From a virus, in IMG/VR virus record IMGVR_UViG_3300035047_000215: a stretch of 64,000 nt of DNA. One strand, written 5' to 3'. Below the pieces are notes generated by a model. It was given only the letters and a program-made list of their open reading frames with translations. It had not been told where the DNA came from and ran no database searches. Shown here piece by piece: positions 31,901 through 40,900 of this stretch. Position 1 is the first letter of the stretch, and the number at the start of each line of letters is the position of its first letter. The position numbers and the translations under genes are program-made.

Positions 31901-34900
31901 TCAATACTGCACTGAAGGCGGTTCAGGATCAGCACGGGGATATCGATAAATATGTGGCGGATCAGCTGGGATACACGGTTGAGGAAGTCGTCGGGACCAA
32001 GGGTAAATTCGGTTATTTCTCAGCTGAACAGGTGGATGCCATTGCCTTGGCCATGAACAATATCAGCGTCGGGTCCGGGTTTATCATCGGGGATCAGACC
32101 GGCGTAGGTAAGGGCCGGGTTGTGGCGGCCATGATCCGGTATGCCATGCGCAATGATATGGTGCCTGTCTTTGTGACACACAAGGCATACCTCTATTCAG
32201 ATATGTACCGGGACCTGTCAGACATTGGGATGGCTGATATAGCTGACAGAATCCTGATGACCAATTCCAATGAAAAGATCCCGTTGACCGCCGATGGGGA
32301 AAAGATTCTCAGCACCAAGGCAACCCACCTCCAAAACTTGCGTCGGATGACCAGTGAGGGAGAGATCTCCAAGGATTATGATGTGGTTTTCACCACATAC
32401 GACCAGATGAATACCACTGGTTCGGCCAGAAGGGTTTTCATGGAGACCATCACCCGGGGCCGCGGCATGCTGATCATGGATGAAGCCCACAATGCCGGAG
32501 GAACGGCAGGTGACAGGGTGAATCCGCAGACAGGCCAGGTTCCAAGATCGATCTGGTTCAGAGAGCTGATTCAAAACGCACACTCCACTTTCTATTCATC
32601 CGCCACATATGCGAAACGGCCGGATACTATGTCCCTGTATTCCAGAACGGACATGCGGCTGGCCGTGGACGATATCAATGATCTGGCCCATGCCATCGGG
32701 CAGGGCGGCGTACCCCTTCAGCAGGTCACGGCCACCATGCTGGCTGAGGCCGGGCAGTATATCAGGCGGGAACGCTCGTTTGACGGCGTGGACTATAACA
32801 CTGAGACGGTTGAGGTCGATCAGGTAAAAGCGGCGGCCATGTCTGTTGCGTTTGCTGACATCAAGAAATTCAGCGATGAATATATCGGCGGGGCCATGCA
32901 GGATATTGAAGACGGAGGCGCAGCGGGCGGCACCAGTGTTTCTGGTTCATCATCCGCATCGGACCGGAACATTTCCACGACCGGGTTTACATCGGTGATG
33001 CACAACCTGATTGGCCAAACCCTTTTAGCATTGAAGGTCCCGGCAGCTGTTGACCTTGCCATCAAGCAGTACCAGGAAACAGGCAAAAAACCGATCATTG
33101 CACTGGCCAACACCATGGGGTCATTCATAGAAGAACACGCCCTGGAGAACCATCTGACCCCGGGTGATGGCATCGGGTTGTCATTCAATCATTTGATCGC
33201 CAATTATTTGGACAAGACCCGTAGATACAAAGAGGGGAAAAAGCCCAACCAGGTTGAACGGTATATCACGGATGAACAACTGGGGCCGGAAGGCGTCCGT
33301 GAATTCAACCGGGTCAAGAACATGATCTATGACCTGGATTTTTCCGGGGTTCCCATATCACCCGTTGACTATGCGCTGGGGAAATTCAAAGAGGCCGGCA
33401 TATCAGCCGGGGAGATCACCGGCAGACATCACACCATAGAGTACCGCAAAGACGGCACCACCACTTATCAGCGCAGGGGCACCAAAGAGACATCAAACAA
33501 GGCAAAAGTTGACCTTATGAGGGATTTCAACGAGGACAAGGTGAATGCCATGGTCCTCAATCAAAGTGGATCCACAGGGCTATCCCTTCATGCGCTGCCA
33601 AAGTGGGAGGGCCACGATCCGGCTGAACGTGTCATGATCCTGGTGCAGACCGAGGCCAACATTGACACCCACATGCAGATGCTGGGCCGGGTCCATCGGG
33701 CCGGCCAGGTCAAGACCCCGACATATATTCAGCTGACAGGAAATATTCCCACTGAGATGCGCGGAGCCGCCGTATTGGCCGGAAAAATGGCCAGCTTGAA
33801 TGCCAACACCACGGCAGCCAAGGGCAGCAAGCTGGAAGCCGAAGGGGTTGTTGACTTTATCAATAAGTATGGGAACCGGGTGGTGGCCAACATCATGGGT
33901 GACTTTCCGGAAATCCATGAAGCCCTGGGATCTCCGTTACCTCAAAAAGACAGCACCGCTTCCGGACTTTCGGAGCTGGGGGCTGCCAGGAAGGTGACGG
34001 GCCGGATACCGCTCTTGAGGACCATCAAGGAACAAAAAGACCTGTATGACATGATCCTGTCTGAATACAAGGATCTGATTGAGCAGCTGGATGCCATGGG
34101 ACAAAACGACCTGGAGGCCAAATCGTTTGATACCGATGCCAGGACCCTTAGCCGGGCGGTTGTCTTTGAAGGCAGGGGGCAGTCTCCTTTTACCAGGGAA
34201 GCCGTTGCCGAAGTCGTGGACATGAAAAAAATCGGCCGGTCTTACACCAGCCAGGAGGTTACCAACCTTCTGAAGCAATATGTTCTGGGCATGGACAGCA
34301 CCACGGCCAAAAATACAGATCGTACCATCCAGGAATTGATGGTAGACGTTGAGGTGGCAAAAGAAGAACGGTATCAGGATAAGATGGAAGCCTTCCGTGT
34401 CTTCCTGAACGAACAGCTGGAGGATATCGAGGACGAAGACCGGAGGCAGGCCACAAGGGTCCGTCTGACCACCATTGCAGACCATTGGCGATTCATTCAT
34501 GACGTGGCCATCCCGGGTACCGTCTGGGAATTTCCACTGGGAGACACATATTTCCCCATGGTTGTTTTGAACGTCCAGCAAAAAGGATCCCCCAAAAATC
34601 CGTTGGCCCTGGGAACATGGCGCGTGACATTTGCCGTGCCGGATTCAGCCAGGCGGTTTGAGATCTCATTTGCCGCCATAAACAACCTGGTGAGAACGGA
34701 ACAGGATCTATTGGACGGCAACCGGGGGCCGGCGACCGACGCAGACCTTGCCCGGTTTGACAGGGCCAGGAGGACAGCCAGGGAAGACCGGACCATCATG
34801 ACCGGCAACCTGCTGGCAGCGTATGCGAGATATTCCAGGGGCCGGATTATCAACTTTACCGACAATAATGGGAAAGTGCGTCAGGGGATCTTGATGCCGC

Positions 34901-37900
34901 AAACCTTCAACACGCAGGAAGCCTTTCAGGCACAAAGGGTCGTGTTGGACAACCCGGACAATATCATGGCCGTGTTGAACGAAGGGATTGCCGTCAAATC
35001 CAGACGCGGTGATTTGATCGCCGGCAATGTCCGGAGCAGATCCGGAGCAATAGACCCTGATACGTTTAGCCTCAGTGTACCATCGTCCCGGGTCAAGGGG
35101 GCGACATACTTCCTGAACCAGGGGTTGTTGGATGCCATTGGGCGGGACCGAGAGTTTGTGAAGCGTGGCAACCGGATGATAGCAACGGTCCCCAGATCGC
35201 GGATACGGGGCGCTTTTAAGCACATGCTCGACAACATGAACGAGCTGTTTGAAAATGCCAGCGACAACCAGCGCGTCAGAAATGTTTTGGGCATCGAGGA
35301 TTTGACGGTTGAACAGGTGGGTGAATCGGCCACACAGACAGAAGACAGCCAGGCCCAGTTTTCCACAAATGCCGATTACACCCCCGGCCAGGGCCTGGAT
35401 CTGAAAGATATCCAGTCCCGGTTCAAGGGCCAGAGCCTTTTCCTTACCAAAGATGGAACCATCGCAATCCGGATGAAAAACGGCATGGGCCTGGTGGTCC
35501 GGATGGTCAATTTTGGCAATGGTGACACCCGTATGGCCATGGATATGGGCCGCATGAAAGAAGGCGGGGTAGTCCTGGGCAAATACGAAAATCTGGAAAT
35601 CCAGCTGAACCAGGATCTGGCAGACACCCTGACCCGGGATCATGAGCTGTGGCATTTTCTGGAAGAAAACCTGCTTACCGAGTCAGAAAGAATGGTGTTC
35701 CGGAACAAGGCCAAAGCATACGAGGCGGCCGGCAAGTTCAAGTTTGAATGGCGGTCTGACATGAAAGAGAACTCTGCCAATGCCTTTGCCCAGTTCCTCC
35801 AGGAAAGAGAACTTCACCGGGGCACGGCCCTGGGCAGAGTCATCCAGAAGATCCTGGATTTCATCGATGGGCTGAGACACATCGCCCAGATGTCTGAACG
35901 GAAGTTGGCCAGGGAAGTGGAAGGCGGGCAGATGTTTAGCCGGCAGCCGGTTCACGGGCAATCCGGACAAACCTCTTTTGCGGCAGCACCCGGGCGGGAT
36001 TCTGCTGCATTCAAGAAATGGTTCAAAAACAGCAAGGTCGTGGATGAAAACGGCGAGCCCATGGTTGTGTATCATGGGACCATGAGAGACTTCAATATCT
36101 TTGGCAGCGGCCGAGAGGGCCAGATATCTACCAATATCGGCACCCATTTTGCCAAGGATCCAACCGTGACAGATGCGTTTACCATGGGGAACTACACCCT
36201 GCCATCCAGTCATTCCGTGGATACCTGGAACCCGGAAAACAGCTGGTACCGGGACAAAGACGGAAACGTCAGGTTCGATGGTGTTGTCGTGGTTCAGAAC
36301 CAGATGGAAAACAAGGTGGAAGTTCATAACGTCGAAAAGCATGGTCCGCTGTCCAATCTAAAAAGCCACTGGGCGCCCAGGGTCGCGGCACCTGGTGGAA
36401 GGGTCCACCCCACCTATTTATCGATCCAGAATCCCCTTGTGGTTGACAATGATCCGTCGTTTTCCCTGGATGACTATGACGTGGCCAAAGAGATTGCCAA
36501 GGTGGTACTGCCGATGGACCAGGCCCTCTTTGTTCATCTGGCGACCAGGAACCTTATGCTGTCAGAAGAACAGGCCGCAAAAGTGTGGTCAGCATTCAAG
36601 GATGGAGACCCGGTAACTTCTCCCGCGGCCAGCAGTTTGGCGGAAATAATGGGCGGCAAGGACGGGCTTAAATACCACACCTGGGAAGAATATATTTCTG
36701 CCAACAACGGCATTATGAACCATGCACCCAGGGAAAGGGTTGTGCAGCTGTTGACACGGGCCGGGTATGACGGGGTTGTGTATAACAACACCTCCCGGAA
36801 CGAGGTGATGCCCGGGGCGGACCCAAAAGCATATATCATCCTGGAACCGACACAGGCAAAGTCTGTTTACAATCGAGGGGCCTGGGACGGGACAAATCCG
36901 GATCCCCGGTACAACACCCAGGAAGACAGACTGGCATATGATGATGCCCTGTTCGCCAACAAGTATGTCAGCCGGAGAGTGGGCCGGAAACTCACGGAAA
37001 AGGAAAAGGAAGTGGGCCGGCTGGCCTATGGGATCAAGGGTTTGAATCCGGATCACGTCAAGAAAGCGGCGCAGGAAATGGCCGACAAGATCCCGGGGGA
37101 TAAGAGCAAGGCTATTCTGGTTCCCATCCCCGGGCACACCGGTGACACGGCCGCCAACGTCGCCATTGCTGAACAGATAGCCAAAATCACCGGGGCAAAG
37201 ATTCAGGATATCCTGGTAAGAGAGGCTGGCCCGTCACAAAGGGACTTGAGGGTTTCCCGGAAAAAAACACAATCCCCGAAAGAGATCGTCACGGCCGCTG
37301 GGGAAAAGATTTCCCGCACAGAAGACGTGTACTTTATTGATAATGTGATTACTTCCGGGGCCACCATCCGGGCGGCGCGGGATGCCGTTGGCGGGGGCCG
37401 GGGCCTGGTATATGCCAAGTCTTTTTCAAAGGGTCCCAAATACACCTTTGCCGGACCCGAGGCCCTGGGCGCGGATAAGGGCATGGCCTTTGAAGCCCAG
37501 CAGATGAGAGATGCCGGCAAAAGCCGGAAAGCTGTATGGGAAAAAACCGGATGGTGGGAGATCATCCCCGGGTCTGATGTCTGGTCATGGGAGATCGATG
37601 ACAGCAAGGCAAACGTCAATCTGGATGCACTTCAATCACTCCCCGGCCGGCTGGACCTTGCCACGCAGTACCTGAGAGATCAGGGGCACATCACCGGCAA
37701 ACAAGATATAGGATCCCCGGCAGCGACCGAGCCCTTGCGTAAAAAAGCGCTGGCATGGGCAGATGAACAGATCAAATCCGGAGAGGCCGCGTCTATACCG
37801 CTTGATCAGGTGCTCGACCACCCAGAGCTACATGAAAACTATCCTTTTTTGAAAGGGATAAAAGTAACAAGGGCCACCAGCCCAGAGTATGCTGGGGTTT

Positions 37901-40900
37901 TTGATCCGGACACAAACACCATAGGAGTATCCGGGTTCATACATGAAGATCCGAAACAGGTTTTCCTGCATGAAATCCAGCATGCCATCCAGGACCATGA
38001 AGGGTTTGCGACTGGGGGGAACCCTGATTTATTTGTCAATGACCCGACTTTTACGCCGACCCCATTAAGTAAAAGACTTGCGGCGGCGGTACGGCGGCAT
38101 GAAGAAGCGGGAAGGGGTCCTGATGATTATTTCAAGGAACGCGGGCCAGATGGTGAATGGATAACTTCCGTCGAAGATGCCAAGAGATTTTTAAAGGCTG
38201 TCAGGTCCGCAAATGCCTATAATACCTATCGCCTACTTACCGGCGAGGCCCAGGCCCGCCTGACAGAACGGCGCATGGTCTTAAAGGGAAACAAGACCCG
38301 TAAAGCAGAGCCCCCCTGGATCACCCTGAAAGGAATAATGCAGGAAGAAGGATTGTTGCAGGAGGGCCAAGAGCCTGAAGACGTTTTGATCACCCGGTAT
38401 GTCGAAAGCGTGTCAGCCAGCGTGGTAGAAGATAAAAATGAGATCAAAAGGCTGGAGTCTGGCAAAAAGATCAAGGTGTTCCGGGCTATGCAGGTCATTG
38501 ACGGAGAACTTTACCCACCGATGTCCGCCAAGGTAGACGGCAAATTGAGGGAGCCCACCAAAATAGGACAATGGGAAAAAGCGGATGAAAACCCGGAGCT
38601 GATCAAGAAGGGCAATAAGTTCAAGCTGGACAAAGCCAACAAGTCATCCATTGCAGCTGCATATAACCCATATTTTCACACGTCAGCGTCGCCGTTGAAT
38701 GACCAGTTCTCATCTGCTTATAAAAGGCCAAATCTGGTCACTGTCGAGGTAGAGATCCCAGCCAGTGAATTGACAAGCGGATACAAAGCCGAGGGAGCCA
38801 AAGATTCCGTTGGTGAAAAGAAATGGCATTCCGGACCAGTGAGCAGCAAACTATCTGCCGGGAAAAAGCGCACAGTTATCCTTTCCAGATACGCCAAGGT
38901 GTTGCGTATCGTCCCTGACAGTGAAGTCGCGGGAACTATTGCAAACCTTTTGGAAGGTGAGAACGTCACCATCCCTGAAAAGGTAGTTACTCTATCGCTC
39001 AGGGCAGAATTGGAAAAACGAGGGGTGCCTATAGCCGGAGCCCAGTATTCCACATCCTCCGACCGTAAAGACCCCATGTCCGTCTTGCCGGAACCGGCCA
39101 GGGTCCGGATGAAGAAGGCCCGGGGAGTGGATCATACCTCTTTCATCGATGAGGCAAAAAACTGGTTCCAGAAAGTCAAGGAACAGACTGCCCACTTCCC
39201 GGAGCTGACCCGGGTACAGGATAAGAGCAAGCGGGCCATATTCAAGGAAATGCTCCGGCAGCATCAGGAGATTCCGACGATATCCCAGGATAAAGCGGCC
39301 CGGGCCATACACGGGTTTGTGTCCGGGATGACCAAGCAGGAATATGACCTGTATTCCCTCCGGCTGATCCTGGGGGATGAAATAGCCAACCTGAACGATG
39401 GGGCCAGGACAGAAAAAAACCTGCCTTTCGGGTTCAAGTCTGCCAATGAGATCCGGGAGAGTTACCGGAAAATCAATCAGATGGTGGAGGCTTCCCCGAA
39501 GGTCAAGAAGGCCCTGGACGCCCGGCAGGAATATCAGCACCAGGTGGCACGGCGCCTGGTGGAACACGGGATCTTGAACAAAGATGTCCTGAAGAAAAAA
39601 GAGTATTTCCACCACCAGGTGTTGCAATACTGGAACCTGAAGGAACGGGCCTTGAAAGGTCTGGGTACCGGTTCCAAAGATGCCCGGTCCCACTGGCGGC
39701 CCTGGATGACAAAACGGAAAGACTCCCCGCTTGATTATAATACCGAGTATGTGGAAGCCGAGCTGATGGCGCTGGCCCAGATGATTGCCCAGGCCGACAC
39801 AGCTGACAGCCTGAGAAAGATCCGGGCGGAAGCTGATATCTTGCCGGAACTCAAACAGGCGGCCAAGCAGGTCAACACACAGATGATCGATGCCATCTAT
39901 TACAAACTGGCCAAACAGGGTAAATGGGAAGTGACCAAAGACGGGGAACCTGTGGATCCGCTGTTACCCTTCAAGCAGAAAATTGCGATCGGTTTCAGCC
40001 AGCTGGAGAAGCTGGCAAAAGACAACTCCCTGACCTATGACCCCGGGTTTGAACATCTGGTGGATGCGCTGGCAAAGGGAAACACTTCTCACCCCCAGAT
40101 ATGGCAGTTCCTGTCAAACCAGATCCAGAAAGAACACTCCGGGTCCATGCAGGCAGCGATGATATACAAAAACATCAAAGCCCGGGACCAGTTTATAAAG
40201 GATACCCTGGGAGACCGGTTCAAGACCGCCGAGAACATGGTACCGGATGGGTATGTGGCATGGGAGCCCAAAAAGAACACCGGTTGGTTTAAGGTCAACA
40301 CGATTGCGGACCAGACCCTGGAAAAAGTGCTTTCCGGAGAAAAGGCATTGCAGGACCCGGACGTTAAACAGATTCTGGCAAAAGGCCGGCCCCAATACTG
40401 GGTGATCCCGGAAGGGCTGGCCGATACCATGGATAATTTCAGACCGGTCCCCAGTGATTTTGCCCTTGGCAGACTGTCCGGCCGGATCATGACCGGGTGG
40501 AAGCAGTATATTCTGTTAAATCCCCTGTCTGTCATGAAATACAATATCAATAACATGAGCGGCGACCTGGATGCCACGCTGGCATTTGATCCAAAGATTG
40601 CCACCTACTCCAGGCAGGCATTCAAGGACATCCGTAAATGGATGAAATACGGGAAAAATGAAGAACTGGACATCGCCCGGGATAAAGGGGTGATCGGGTC
40701 CGGGTTTGCCGTCCAGGAGGTGGAGGACACAATCCAGATGCTGGGTGTCAACCGGGTGGTGGATGAAGTGATGCTGGAGAAAAACCCGAAACTGGTGTCC
40801 AAATACTGGGCCACAGTAAAAGGGTGGTCAACATGGCGGGAAAACACGCTCAGGCTGGCAGCGTACCGGTATTTCAAGGATCAGCACAAAAAAGGGGTCT

